A stretch of DNA of 63,307 bases, counting the filler, from Catajapyx aquilonaris (taxonomy: Eukaryota): assembly GCA_000934665.2 (NCBI GenBank). It is 4 parts of 4 records of this genome, joined end to end, with 100 filler letters (N's around TTAATTAATTAA, not from the genome) between each part and the next. Parts side by side here need not be neighbours in the genome. Positions count along the whole stretch, not along the records: positions 15,834 to 31,641 come from JYFJ02007408.1; positions 31,742 to 47,480 come from JYFJ02007409.1; 2 more parts are not named here. One strand, written 5' to 3'. The notes beneath the pieces are model-generated. The model saw nothing but the letters and a program-made list of their open reading frames with translations. It was not told where the DNA came from and did not search any database. The position numbers were made by a program, and so were the translations under genes. Every line of letters starts with the position of its first letter. Position 1 is the first letter of the stretch. Shown here in pieces: positions 21,301-35,330 of the stretch.

Positions 21301-23928
21301 AGATTGCGGGTTTTTGTGACGTGCCTAATGCGACCGTCGTGAAATTGCGTGTTTATTGAGGGAAAAATATGCAAGGGTTTTGTGATAGACATGTAAATTC
21401 ACGTATCACCCTTTCCTTTGAGCAGTTGGGTGGCACATGCTGGGTAGAGCTATTTGCTTCAGACAGCTGTCTAAATTTGCTTTGAAATTTGGTTATATTA
21501 TTGCTTTATACATTATCGTTTCCGATATCTCCGAGTAAAATCAGACTTTCGGTTCAAGTTGGTTTCTCCACAGCTGTGGCGCGCCGTTCAAATATCTTGC
21601 GTATCGTCCGCGTGCAAATGAAATTCACCAAGTAAAAAATAATAATTGGCATAATCTAAGGCAAATATCTGGCCTTGCACTTTCTTACATTCTTGTGAAT
21701 ACAGAAAATCCGGTCTTCCTGGCTTCTTAGGAATATTTGAGACGAAATGGACATAATCAGTCCATATAGAGCAGAAAAATATACTCAAAATAACTAATAA
21801 CCGCCAAAATTGGACATGATGTATTTTACTTGTGTTCCCACTTCCCATGATATCAACTCATTGGTTGAGTTCAACTAGCCAAATCGTGGTAAGAACTCGG
21901 TCGGAATTGAAAATTGGGTGAAATTAATCATGTGCATGCTTTTGCCTGTAAATATGTTTGCGAGCGGCGTAAGAGTTTTTTTTTTTTTGTCTATAAGGAT
22001 GAAATATGACGATTGAAATGCGGGCTGAGCATGTTATGTGCAGGGGGATGGTTGCATGAGCAAAAGATGAAAGCCATCAATCGCTGGTTGTGCAGCTTCC
22101 TTGATGAACTAAATGTGCATCATTGTATTGAAGGGCTTGGAATTTTCGTATGCGACTCAAAGCTAGGTTTAAATTTTTTTATTGTGCCGTATTTAAGACC
22201 TGGACTGAAATCTTCTGCTTCGTCATGTTTATCAGCATAGTGGCAGTCACAACTACATCGTGTTCGTGAACGAAATTAAGTCAGGGAAAAGTGTGATTAA
22301 AAATACAACGTGAAAGTGTGATTTCGGAGTTCGGATTGCATGAGGGCACCCCCATCCACATTGCCTAATGTATATATTGGGTAAGCAAACCCCCAGATAT
22401 TCCAGGGGAGGCCGTTTCTTCAATATTCGATCAGTCTAATTGATTCAGAAAACCGCGTTCCCCGTCACTTAATCAAGCCGTCTATACGTATAAGCGGGCA
22501 CCATTCCGGACAGATCGAACCTCGGTCCGTCGCTTTGGGTCGGTGTGATGTGCTTTCATGTGACAGTTTTAGCAGGTGTTCCTTTATTGCGTTAATGCCG
22601 GTTTTAGTGAGCAATAGGAACCGCGAAAAATTTGGCGTCATCTACCCCGTTGCTTTTTAAAAAAGTGAAATGAATAATTTTATGCACGTACAGTACCAAT
22701 CGTTTCCCCTGCCTGTTTCAATTTGTAACAAATTGCAAATTTTCAACCTGATGGATTCGTTGATAGGAAACAAGCAAGCGTCCTGGAGATTCCCGTCTTC
22801 TTAGTCGGTGTCCTTTGAATGCGACACTATATGAAGCCACTTTATGTGGAAGCATTTCTTGAAAAGTACGGTACTATAAGTCGCATGAAGTAGAAAAATC
22901 CGCAGGACAGCGGCTGTATCGGAAGGAACTTAGCAACAAGAATAGAGTTTTCCCCAATATATTATTACCGAAGTTGTCCAGCAAGCAACATCTCTCCATT
23001 GGTCATCGCCGCACTTTTGTGATGGATGGTGGACATGTCTAATGGGGAATTCACGAAAACGATCATATCGAGGAAGACTGGGAATCTATAGAATACTATT
23101 CTGCTTACTACGCTAAGATTTGTGGTGCGCAGAGGCATTATAGGGTTTCTCGGAAATTGAGAGCTAGAATTGCGAACCAGAGGTGCTGAGATATAATGGA
23201 TAGATTGTTGCGAATTTGCAATTTTCACGTTGAAAACGGCCGCATAAAAGGCGTTAGGAACCTGAGGTAATTTTTGGAACCATTTAAACTTACACGTATA
23301 AGCTTATATATAAATCTCATCCATGATCTATGAAACGAACGAAAAAAATTTCTGATATGGTCGTAGTTCGATTCCAAATTTAATTCATTTCAATTCAGGA
23401 AAATGTGGAGTCGATTCAAATTCCAAACAATTCCGCTCTTCATTCACTACTTCAATTGGCTTCAGTTTCTTCTGCTGCCATTCACTATTCATTGCCTCTG
23501 AATTGGCATTCACAATGGCCAAAAGGTCTCCACAGATATATGAAAGAATTGGGTAAGGAAACTTGAAAAACTATTACGAGTTTTAAAATTATTATTGTAG
23601 ACGTACTGGTCTCCAGCTTCGTATTCAAATACCCCTCATAACTGATAAGGTCAGTCACATGAAAGCAAATGAGGCAAAACCCCGGTTTATATATAGGAAT
23701 TCACAATACTTAATCCGCCACTATAAGTGGAGATTTTCTGCTTCATTTGCATTCATACAACCGACATTTATACCGCTTGGACGATGTAGACCATGAGTGC
23801 TAATCAGCTCGTCTGAATACTGAATAGCTTATTCAGTTATACGCTACGATCTAAAATATGTAAAGAAAAATGAAGCATTCGTCTTTCAGCCATTCAGAAA
23901 ACGGCGTGATAAATATTTCATGCGTAGC

Positions 23929-24253
23929 GGGGAGGTGTGGTGGCCGAGCTGGTAACGGCTCGGCTTGCTGACGAAAGGTCCCGAGTTCGATCCCCGCCTG
24001 GGAGCTAGGTATCTGACAACCTAACCTCCTGGGGGACTGCACATAGCCCAGTTTGAGACATTGCACTTTCACCTGTGTCCCCTCCCCAAAAATCTCCATT
24101 CCTTTCCCCATCCATGTCCCTTTCTCCTTTGCACGGTGTTCGGAGAAAATTCAGAAAATAGCGATGGAAAAATGGTGGTGTTCCACCCCCCACCCCCCCT
24201 AAAGGAGCGATGATTCTCCCAATGCAATGGAGTAAGTAAAATAAAGTAAAATA

Positions 24254-24290
<37 letters not shown>
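23929..24290 (+). mobile_element. tRNA-derived SINE, family 2
   Basis: A box TGGCCGAGCTGG, B box AGTTCGATCC, (AAT)n tail. Body homologous to 28627-28990. TSD ATATTTCATRCGTAGC at 23913 and 24667. Confidence 0.85.
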
Positions 24291-24308
<18 letters not shown>

Positions 24309-24646
24309 ATATTAATATAATCCTTGGGTAGTGCCTGACCCTATATAGGGTATGCGGAACGGACCTTTATTATACAATGCAGTACAATGCTGGAACCTTG
24401 AGCGAATCGCCCGGGCCCACGGGCAGGATGACAGGAGGAGATGTGCAAGGTGCAGTGCAATGTCTTAATGTGGCCATTTTTAGTGAACTCCCCCGGGTGG
24501 TTTAGTCTGTGGAAATGCCACCCGAGACGAAGCCAGAGACGACCCAACTCTGCACGAGATGAAGGGGGTGTCCCCGGGCTGGGATCGAACCCGGGACCTT
24601 AACATCCGTGGGCGCATACGTTACCGCAGCACCACTCCGCCTCCCC
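24291..24646 (-). mobile_element. tRNA-derived SINE, family 1, second copy
   Basis: Head and body clearly homologous to 18007-18332. Confidence 0.85.
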
Positions 24647-25399
24647 TTAAATAAATAAATATATGTATATTTCATACGTAGCTGTCATTTGCAAAAGGAG
24701 TGTCATTACGAAAAGCAGAGAATCTTCGTGTTGAGCAGTGCATAATCTATACTTAATACCCGACTGTCATGGAAACTCCTCCCGCACCGTGCGGCAAATT
24801 TTTTGCCAAATTTTGGCAAGTTGGTGCCTAGGAGCAGTTATTGTCAGTTCATTAACAGAGCAGCTTGTTACTACCCATACGAGATGGCAATCTTACATTG
24901 ACTCGCGAAACTCGAGCAAGGCATTAAAACCGACCAGAGCCGACAATCAAATAGAACGATTATGAACTGACCTGCGCCACAAAAGAACAGCGCTTGGGAA
25001 ATAATGGCATTGAAGTTTCAGACAATATTGATCATCGAGGTGGCTCATAAAAGGACGCGCATGCTACTGATGAGTGATGATCGGAAAAATTGTTAAATAA
25101 AGGAAACAACAGTGTTCCTTCAGAAATTCTGCGAAGTAGGGAATGAGCTTCTTCCTCCTAATAAATTTTATTATTATTTTATTGAGCAAGCCATCTTCAT
25201 CATTGTAGGAGCTCATTTTCCCAATATTGAGAAAATTCTAGTATATTGATGTTTCTAGGTAATTTCTTACCAGGTTCAACTGTAGCCTATACCTTCGCAT
25301 ATTATTAGAAAATATGGCGAACTGAACTTGCAAAGCTATAAACAAAGAGCTGAATGTACTGTATAATATTATTTCTCCTGTGTCGTCGTTTGATCCAAC

Positions 25400-26850
25400 A
25401 GTTGAGTGGGCGGTCAAGTTCATGTCAACGCATAGACCGTACTTGAACCGAACTCCAATGAAAGGTTTTTAAAATGAGAAAACCACTTCAATTCATGTAA
25501 TCGATTTGTGGCAAAGAGCACTCCCTGGCGGGAAAGGATGAATATTAGCTCTGTGGATTTAAACCAAGGTGCTCGAGCTGGAGGAAAGAGGCTGGTTGCG
25601 TGACTATAGGGATTTGTGTGCTTCTCAAACAGCTCGAGGAAAGTCAAATTGACGATTTTCTTTTTTCTTCTTCTTCAATGAGTTCCTTAACCTGCAGTCA
25701 GCTTTTTTAAAGGCGTACTGGGAGGTAAACGTCGGAGTTCTTAATGTATATCGAGCAGGAGTTTGAAGATGTCCCATGCTAGCTGCATTTTCACTTGTGA
25801 TAAATTTACTGATTACTAAAATTATTTGAAACATTTTGAACGTCATTTTAGCCAGGTCAAAATACGCCACATTTGAAATCTCAAAAACATATTATTTTTT
25901 GCGCATAAATCGCACTCCACCAGTAGAAGTATTGTATGTCACAAAAAGGTAATTTTACAGGAGAGCCAAAGGAAGATCACAGTTTGTTCAGTAAAAGCTA
26001 TCACAATATTGATGGAAATTTCAAACACGTCATCTCCATTTTTGATCCAAATTTTACCATTCTTCTGGTGGATGCGTCGCACACTGAGCTACCCAGTTAA
26101 GGACATAAACTCATTTTCGTCAAAATACTCGTACAATACTAACTTCTACTGGTGGAGTACGAAATATATCCAGCGAACTTTCCGAATTATAAGGTTGTAA
26201 TTTTATATTAGCTGCCTCTTGCTTGACTCCCTGCGTGGGTCGACAGAATCTTGATGGTGGGTGTTCCTTTATGAATTCCTTGTCGCTATGCTCACTTGTC
26301 AGTGCAATATTATCAATGTCACCGGGAATAATAAATTGGCCTTAGAAGGCCACTGACAACCTCGTGTATTGTCCAACTCCACCAAAAATAGTCATTTCCG
26401 AGAATGGTATAGGACAATTGTTCAAGTAAATGTCAAATCAGCTGAAATAATTGTGCCAGCACATTGTGTTACTGGAAAAGCCGTAGAATCAAGGTATTGT
26501 TCTGATCACGTCCTGACAATTTTTTTAAAACATTACCGTATTAACCTTATTGGCTCTTGAGGGACAAGCGCAGTAATTCATTTGACTTTAAAAAGAACAT
26601 ACGAGACATACGAGAAGACAATGAATTTTCTGGGCATTTGTTATACTTCGATACTCGTATGTTTTGTACAAGTGTAATGTTTATAATCGAGTCAAAATTA
26701 CAACACATGTTGTGTGAGCTGAGATATGCTAAGCGAGTAGCCGTTTTGAAGTTTAACCATTTTGAAACTGACCATGGTAAGAGCCTGGGACTTTTATTGA
26801 TTATTTTGTTCCATTTTAATGGTAAGGAGAGAGCACCCAATTTTTTAAAC
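25400..26850 (-). mobile_element. Possible highly decayed non-LTR retrotransposon ORF2
   Basis: Broken minus-strand frames with weak RT-like motifs (PTQGVKQ; Q..ARY.L..P..TS). No intact YADD seen. Confidence 0.25.
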
Positions 26851-26917
26851 ACATAATATAATTTTTATAATAATTTATCATTTTTATTATTCATGAATTA
26901 ACATTTAATTATGTATA

Positions 26918-27660
26918 CAGGGTGGGGCAAAAGTCATGGGCTGGTTTAAACGACGCAGCATGGCGTAAGTAACGAACGATTATATTTTAAAAAATTACAC
27001 TACGCAGAGAAAGATATGCCATTTATGGATCCAAGTCCAAAAAAGTCACTTCTTGAAAACAACACCAGATAGATGTCCACCTTTGCAGGCAAAACATATT
27101 CCTCCAAACGCCGGACGAAACCCTTCATAACGCGCTCCAGCATGTCCAGGGAAATGTTTCTCACGGCGTGTCTTATCTGATGCTTAAGATCAGCCAATGA
27201 CTGAGGACGTGTGGCGAACACCGAACAAATTAAAAGTCTAGTGTTTCCTGGGAGGGTCATTTCGAGATTTGGGGTCATTCCTTGGCCGTCGCGGTCGCCG
27301 GATTTGACCACCCCCGACTTCTCCTTGTGGAGGTACCTGAAGAGTTTGGTGTTCGCCACACTTCCTCAGTCATTGGATGATCCTATAAGGATCAGATAAG
27401 GCACGCCGTGAGAAATATTTCCCTGGACATGCTGGAGCGCGTTATGAAGGGTTTCATCCGGAGCTTGGAGGAATATGTGTTGCCCGCAAAGGTGGACATC
27501 TATCCGGTGTTGTTTTCAAGAAGAGACTTTTTTGGACCTTGATCCATAAATGGCATATCTTTCTCTGTGTAGTGTAATTTAAAAATATATATAATCGTTC
27601 ATTATCATTACTTACGCCATGCTGCGTCGTTTAAACCAGCCCGTGGCTTTTGCCCCATTG
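26918..27660. mobile_element. Fold-back (palindromic) derivative of a Tc1/mariner element
   Basis: TA-CAGGGTGGGGCAAAAG ... CTTTTGCCCCATTG with ~300-bp inverted arms. The spacer encodes FPGRVISRFGVIPWPSRSPDLTTPDFSLWRYLKS, the third-catalytic-Asp motif. Confidence 0.9.
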
Positions 27661-28626
27661 TGTGGACTTACAAGCTGGTTTCTCAGTGTGATATTCCTTC
27701 AAATGGACTATTGCAATAGGCACGAATAAATGCTCAATCGTTAGTTTCATTAAATTTTAATGCCTATACACTGCTATTCACGTTTTTCCACACGAATCTG
27801 CGTATGAACATTTGTTTCACATTTTCTTTGTAAGATATGTCAATGCTCCAATTTTTCGACTTGATCAAAAAGTAGAGGGTATTACACCTCGGATCCTTAT
27901 CCTGTGATGGAATTGCTCAGCATTGTCCGCCTTGGGCGACACCTGTCATCGGTGTCACATAACGACGGTTAAACCTCCCTGTCTAGAAATCCTTAACCCG
28001 CAAGAAGTGAACATTTTCAATCTAACGTCACCCCCGCTGGCAGTGCTCCGCCTATCAACTCCCAATGTATCCTCGCATCAATATGCAATCAAATCTTCGG
28101 GAAACTGATTTGATTCGCGCAACGTTTCTTCAAGTGGGAAAATTTTGGGCTGTGCCCTAGGTATGGAGGAAGGGGATGGGTAAATGGGGCGTAGCCTGCC
28201 TGTCGCGCACTTGGAGTTTGTGAAAAAGTGGTCGCCGTGCATATGTCCGTCAATGAAACGGTGTTGTAGGTGCATGGGTGTACGTTTTGGTGTGTGTCCT
28301 AGCTGTGATTGTTGACCCTCGAAATGCTGACATTTACAATAATCATTGGCAGTGGATCAGCATGGGTAGACGACAACTGGTAAAGAGAAGTCCGCCAGTA
28401 GAGCTGAATCCGACCCACATGAGTATTTTTAATATGGGTCGATGGGCAGCAGGTAGGACATATGTGATGTCTTGCTGTCCGTAAAACAGGGTCTAGATGT
28501 TCATTGTGCAAATGAGGTGCAAGTGATGTCATATATGGTTGGTTGCTATCTCTCGAGATGAAATCGGAGATTTACAGTCTGCTCGGTTGGGTTTCAAATT
28601 CAATGCTTTAAATTGACAAAATATGT

Positions 28627-28990
28627 GGGAGTCGCGGTGGCAGAGACGTTAACGTCTCGGCTTGCTGTGCGGAAGGTCCCGGGTTCGAACCCCGCCAAGG
28701 AGTTCCCCTTCGCTTGCGTCAGGAGGATCTCTGATCCGCGCCTTGGAGGTGTCTGGCAACCTAACCTCCAGGGAGACTGCACATGACCCTTTTTCAGACA
28801 TTGCACTTGCACCTGTGTCTCCTCCCCAGAAATCCACATCCTTACCCCCATGCCCTTTCATCCTCGCACCGGAGTTGAAGAAAATTACAGAAAATTGATG
28901 GGAAATGGTGGTACTCCACCCCCGCCCCCACACGCACCCCTATAAGAGGGCCTAGCTGGCGCTATCACGGGGTAACGTTATTTTTTTTAA
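28627..28990 (+). mobile_element. tRNA-derived SINE, family 2 variant
   Basis: B box GGTTCGAACC. Body homologous to the 23929 copy, with an extra ~45-nt block after the B box. Confidence 0.8.
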
Positions 28991-31641
28991 ATACAAAATA
29001 AATCAATTGGCCATATGTTGTGACTAGGGAGGCACATATGTCTGTTCAACTATATGCAGGATGGTCAGTAACTTATAATGGGAACTTACGGCGATTTCTT
29101 GACTCACTACATTCGGCATTATTTTTGGTTCGAAGGCGTCATTACTCTCTGTGGAGGTACAGATTCGCTCTGTGAATAATATGGAATGTGATGAATATCC
29201 TGTAGGGTATACTATACGCTTGTCACCCGACATGATGCCTATCCAATAGGATATTCCGTGCAGTTTCCACGCGGAGTTCACCGCAATCAAATTGCATCTG
29301 AACCAAGGGGTTAACCTCTTCGGTACTCCGGTGTATACACATGCAGTGGTACTCCCAGGTACTCATTAGGTCCCTTACTCTTTGGTACTCCAGTGTGCAC
29401 TTTACAGTCGAGTGGTTAATCCCTTGATCTGCACGCCGCGCCGTAATGATGCCTCCCATACAAATGATGGAAATGTATGTTGGTCTAGGAATAGATCAAG
29501 CAATCGCCCAATCTGTGGGGGTGACTGACCGCTTGTGTTCAGTGTAAATGGGGGAATTAGCAGGTGATGATTTCGATGGGTTATGTGTAGGGTAAGTGTA
29601 CGTATGGGAAAGGGACATGTAATACTAAACTGTGAATTGTACTGTACAGTACTGTGGTGTCTTTTTTAATACTCACATACTCGTATTTGAGCTGTGTGAT
29701 ATATTTAACATGAAGTTAAGGTATGCCATGTAAATTTCATTGCTGCCGGTGTGCTAGTTGTGTTTGCGGTTAACATTTCTCAGACGTAATCGCCAGCTGT
29801 AACTTGCTTATTGGAATAGAAGAGAGGGATCAGTCTCATCACTGTACTTTGTGCTTCTTCTGTCGCACCATGTTACTGTTTTTACCAAATGTTTCGTGGA
29901 CTGTGTTCGTAATGTGACGAGATAGGAAGCGTACAAATTCCGACTGTCACTGCATTGTTGTGCAGTAATAATATTGTTTTATAGATTGCGGGCCGTATTG
30001 GTGATTTCTAGAGCGAGCAACGTGTAAGAAGATTAGGAATGTAGTCAAGATCGATCCTCTCTTTCTGCTTATACCATCCAGTCGAAATCGGATAACACAG
30101 TTCCGCAATTTTAATGGCCACTTGACTATGCCATATATCGAGGCACCTTTTAATGGAGATTCAACCTTGGTAATTGACTCCTGCCGGGAGCGAATGGACA
30201 TTGATTTTAATGCCGCATATATGGTTTCAATTGTCCTCGCCGTAAAGTAAACGTACAGTTCAAATTGAATCGAAGCTGGCACATATTGCGCAGCCTAATT
30301 GTTGTAGTAATGACACATGGGTTTGTAACCTGTGCGGCAATGACACTGAAAGGTTAACCTTTGTGCATCGTCAAGGGGAAGACAGCGGTTTCACCCTTCG
30401 TTTTAATCAAGGGTTTGCAGTGTGAAACCCTTTTTCTTGGAATTAAAAGTTCTTTGATGGAAAAGAGTAGTTATGAGAGGGATCCTGTGGTATTTGTAAC
30501 ATTTGTCACGTTGGAGGCACGCAGTAGATCATCATGATAGGATTAGTTTGTCAGTCCAGGATAACTACTGAGGTCATTCTGGGTAAAGCTTAGACCTGTC
30601 TCGTTGTGAATTTTCGTCCAGTGGATTATTTTGTCAAAGGTCATACTGATGCTAATGCAGGGTGTTCCAACTGAAGTGTCCTTAGCTTGGTTAGCCTTTT
30701 CGGATGAAGCAGTTATTTTGGAGCAGTTACTCTTATTAGGGGTTGTGTATCTGTGCTTACAAAAGATTAATCTGGTAGAAATATGTTATATCGAGAAATA
30801 CAAGAGACTTGTAACGACTGGTCGAAATGAAACGCGCTAGAGCACAAATCCACAAGTTGCGTGGGAGGAGGACGCGTGCCATATTTTCAACATCAGTGAT
30901 CCCAGGAGCACACATGTTTGCAACGTCACTTACCGTAAAATTGGCGTATACGCAGAGTGCTTGTTGCGCATATCGGCGAAAAAGGGTGAAATACATTATT
31001 TTTAAAAGCCCACTTTTGAGTCTTGAGGGTCAACGCTCCCCTGGTCAAAGCATTTGGGAAGAGCATGGGTGGTCCTGCAGGCTGAAAATTGCGAATTATG
31101 AAGCCATATAGCGGAAAGGCGACCGATTGGCGACCATTGCTTTGAGATGGGTTCGCCAGCAGGTATTGAATGGTCTGTATAATGGGGAAGTAGCCTTGGT
31201 CTGGGATTTGGGATTTTTGTTCATAACTAGCTAGCCCAGGCCTGTAAACATACATTCCATCACTCTGTTGCATCAAAATGACATTACTGGAAAAATTACG
31301 GCACATTTAAAAGTGCCTTCAAAATTGGCGGGAAAAACGCGGAAGCCAATCGAAGGGGTACACTGAAGTGCCTGGTTGACTGCGAGATATGAGGAATTTG
31401 ACTTTGAATTAACCGCGGACACGACGGAAAGCATTCGCAAGGCGGCTGTAGGCCATCGAGGTGGAGAAAGGGGGCCTTCATGTGCCGAATTCGGGTGACA
31501 GATAATTCCTACCAGTTGGCACCACTGTCAGCCCAGAAGCGGTTTGAGCGGCCTGGAATAAATACGCGCCCCGGCCGCTATCTTGCTCACGGAATGGGAC
31601 GGTTGCTAACAACAGCGAAGCATTTTACAACAATGACGGGG

Positions 31642-31741
31642 NNNNNNNNNNNNNNNNNNNNNNNNNNNNNNNNNNNNNNNNNNNNTTAATTAATTAANNN
31701 NNNNNNNNNNNNNNNNNNNNNNNNNNNNNNNNNNNNNNNNN
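31642..31741. other. Artificial 100-nt contig linker
   Basis: N-run containing TTAATTAATTAA. Confidence 0.97.
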
Positions 31742-31743
31742 TT

Positions 31744-31791
31744 GGGGGCAAAGGTCAAGTGATAAGGGCAAAGGTCAACTGATTAGATAAG
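31744..31791 (+). promoter_or_regulatory. Tandem DR1 (HNF4-type) and GATA motif cluster
   Basis: RGGGCAAAGGTCA occurs twice, interleaved with TGATAA and AGATAA. Confidence 0.35.
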
Positions 31792-32995
31792 CGTGCTATA
31801 GCTATTTTCCCAGTCTAAACCCGCATATTACCACTACTTTGGCTACTCCTAATACTCTGGTGAAGGGCAAACTCAAAAGTCAGTGGCTCTGTGCATGTTG
31901 TCCAATAATAAGTATTATGCCAGACTCTCTAGTTAATTCCAGAGTTCCGACAGTCATATTACAGACCTGCTTTAAAAAAGAAAATTGTCGTCACCCCAAT
32001 CTCTTTTCACAGACACAGACACTATTCGACCTAGAAAAAATCTATTGCTAATCAATCTCTCGATCCAAATAATTTATTATGTCAGTGAAATATCAGAATC
32101 TCCTCTATTAGTGAAATACGCTCACGTTGTGCAAATACTTGTATAATCTAGGCCATGGAACTCGATTTTCACAAATAAGAGTTTGCTTCGAGCATATGAC
32201 TCCTGACAAAACATTGTGAAGTTATTAACTATACCGGTACTGTATGTAATTGGGGTGATATGGATGAGGCTCGGAGGGAAGCAGGAGGCAGATATGAATT
32301 CAATCTGTTCACCTGATGCCATTAAATAGATAGGGGTTTGTGCGACGTATATTGGCTATGTAGTACCGATATGCAAGTTCTGCTGCAAAAGTACAAATTG
32401 ACGTTTAAAATATGCTTGTAATGATAATAGTGACAATGTTTTTTTGGTTGTTTTTTTCATTTCACCTTAAGCGGTAAATGTATAAAACAATGTCCTGAAC
32501 AGTAACACATACTGAACATCAAACCTATCTGCGTGTGAAAGTGCTTTACTAATAAATGATTCTGTACTGTATACACAGAGCAATGATATAGCTCTAAGAT
32601 AATGTAAGATAATCCATAATGCACTTTTCGTGGTGCATGCATAAAGTGTATGGGTGGAATTTTCGTCCCACTGCTACTATCAGAGTATCAGTGAGACGAA
32701 AATTCCAGGCTATGTTAATAAAATTGCAATTATTGGATAGAGGCATCACATTGCTCGATTACTGCTGTAAACCTGTAATATTATAGTAATATTAATGCTA
32801 CATGCATTGGTGTTGATTACTGTCAACCAGTTATACAACAAGGTCAGATAGTGGAAGAAAGATGCTCCATAGATATATAGAAGGTGATGATGGTTATCTG
32901 ATTTGTTGAGATATGTTGACGTCGACTCATGACATGGTGCCATCAGATTGCAGAAGAAGCTAATGTCCTAAAAGGATAAAACGTCAAGATAAATA

Positions 32996-33348
32996 CAGTG
33001 GGCCCTCCCTATAATTCGAGGGGGATCAGCTCCGGGATCTTCCGCGGATACCATTTCGCGGATGCTTCAGTATACGGAGGAGTAGGCCTATATAGTATAT
33101 AGTATAGAATTATTATAGACTATGCATATAACTAAATATCTTTCCGTACATTTAATTTGTCTCGATATCATTAATAACATCTCATTCAAGGTAAATGCTA
33201 TGTAAATAGTATTATACTGTATTGCAATGCATTCAAGTTTCGCTTTTCGGAAATAAATGTCGTTGTTGTTTTTTTCCCGAAGATATTAGTATTTCCGATC
33301 CGTGGTTGAATACGCCTATACGAAACCCGCTGATAAGGAGGCCCACTA
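32996..33348. mobile_element. Tigger/pogo-like MITE
   Basis: TA-CAGTGGGCCCTCC ... GGAGGCCCACTA-TA imperfect TIRs. Confidence 0.65.
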
Positions 33349-33585
33349 TAATTATACCGTACATTCATTGCCCGACACATACTTGGCTCTTTCCTCATCG
33401 GCAGAATGCATAACAGATTTTGAGTAAAATACTGTCATGGCGTACCATAATTATATTAAAATAACTGCTTATATGACTTGTCCCTCTCAGCCACATGCCA
33501 TAATAGTCAATGAAATATGAGTGTAACATTTAGTATCAATGCACTGCGGCATAGTAACTCATTTAGTAGCATACTGTATTATATT

Positions 33586-33833
33586 TGAAGACCTCTGGGG
33601 AAGAACGGTCAAGGTCCACTTTTTGCCAAAAATGAGTCACATATCTTAAAAGATAGTTTTACTTGTGTAGAATATGGTGGTTTGGTTTTGGTTGTTGAGT
33701 AATGGGTCACTATGCTCCGAAAGTGGGATTTACAATACTGAGAACCTTATGGGCCTTCGAAATTTGAAATTATTGGAATATCTCAGTTTCACCTGAGGTG
33801 GACCTTGATCGTTCTTCCCCCCAGAGGTATTCA
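33586..33833. mobile_element. Small MITE
   Basis: TGAAGACCTCTGGGGAAGAACGGTCAAGGTCCAC ... GTGGACCTTGATCGTTCTTCCCCCCAGAGGTATTCA inverted ends. Confidence 0.7.
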
Positions 33834-35330
33834 TTTGAACCAGATTTGAACAATGTCATACTTGAGCACCTGAAAGAGGCATACAGACATCTGAGATTAC
33901 TACAATCACAGTATTTCGGTGATAAGACCTTTCAAATTGAAAAAGCTACTTGCATCAATCATTAGAAGTGCTGTACTTTTGTATGATTACCTTGAGACAT
34001 AGACGCATATGGCATGTAACTCATACCATTTTCAAGACTTTAGGACTGAAGGTCAAACTGTTTATATAGATTGTGACGTCATACTCAGCCCTTTTCTTAC
34101 CACGCCATTAGATTCTGATTGGCATGTTCTGATAAGGAATATCTATTGAGTATTAAGAAATCTGATGTTGCAGCATTTTGTACCTGACTTGTACAAACAT
34201 CAAAACAAGTTTCTGATGAGAACAAAGCTTATAGATACATAGCGATATGTCTTGAGCCAGCAGATAATAATCTCTCAGAAGATGAAATTATAAAGCTTCC
34301 ATCAAAACATAACAAGAAACACTCATGTTTGAAGCATATTTCTTTAAGAACACATGAGTCATCGCAATGAGTACCGGTATAATAGCAAATCTATTTTTAA
34401 TAGTACTATGCAAAGTAATGATGTAATATTGTAATCTGCAGTGCTTTTTACAGTACTGTTTTATTTTCACACGGCATGAATATCATATTAGATGGGTGAC
34501 TTCCTGTATTGACTTTTTGATTCAGTGTCAGCATTTACTGTACTAATATTCTCAAGGCAACAGAAATAACATACTACTTCATTACGTCGCGTCGTTTTGT
34601 ACACTAACTTGTAAGTGTACAAAACTTCGTAAAGAAGTGTAGACCCCACAGAAAAGTCTTTTCTGAGTGGTATTATTATTTTTCATGGATATTGCCATGC
34701 ATGTGGTAATAGTTCCTCTATGGCACATTACACACTCTTTCAGACTCTTGATAATGCCTCACATGGAGAATAATACTCTGCCAGTTTAAAAGACGACTCC
34801 CAACTTCCTGTCTCACATCATCCATTTCTGTTGACGATGTATCTCAGTGAAACAATTCAAACAAACCAGTGTGAAATTACACGCATGCTATAATGCGAAT
34901 AAAAACTTTCAGTACAGAACATTATGCAACCCTGGCTGTCCGGATCAATATCTGCTCCTAAAATCAGCAACTCGTACCTCACTCACAGTACAACTTTAGC
35001 ACAACATTTTGTTTCTACTTGTTTTCCGATTCCCAATGCTACTCTTATCATTGCCAGTGCACTTGTTCGATGGATAAGTACAACATCTCTGCATCAAAAA
35101 ATATCACAAAAACGAAGCTCAAGGTACAAACGTATCTGAAATAGCAATCCATCAAAGATATCGCCTTTCACCTTCCTTGTGATTAGCGCAAGTATAAATT
35201 CAAGGCACCCACAGATTGATCCTCTATGAACATCCCTGCAAAGGTAAGCTTCGCACTCATTCTAGGTGCAAGACAACCGTTACTTTTGTGTCCATTCCCA
35301 ATTTAATGATTATTATAATGTTTCCTGTAG

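Noticed and set aside
18700..23560. Exon-like blocks and short ORFs in contig 2
   Set aside because: Many stops, no recognisable motifs and no consistent gene model.
30926..31481. 126-aa and 61-aa minus-strand ORFs as a gene
   Set aside because: No domain recognised and the contig ends nearby, so support is insufficient.
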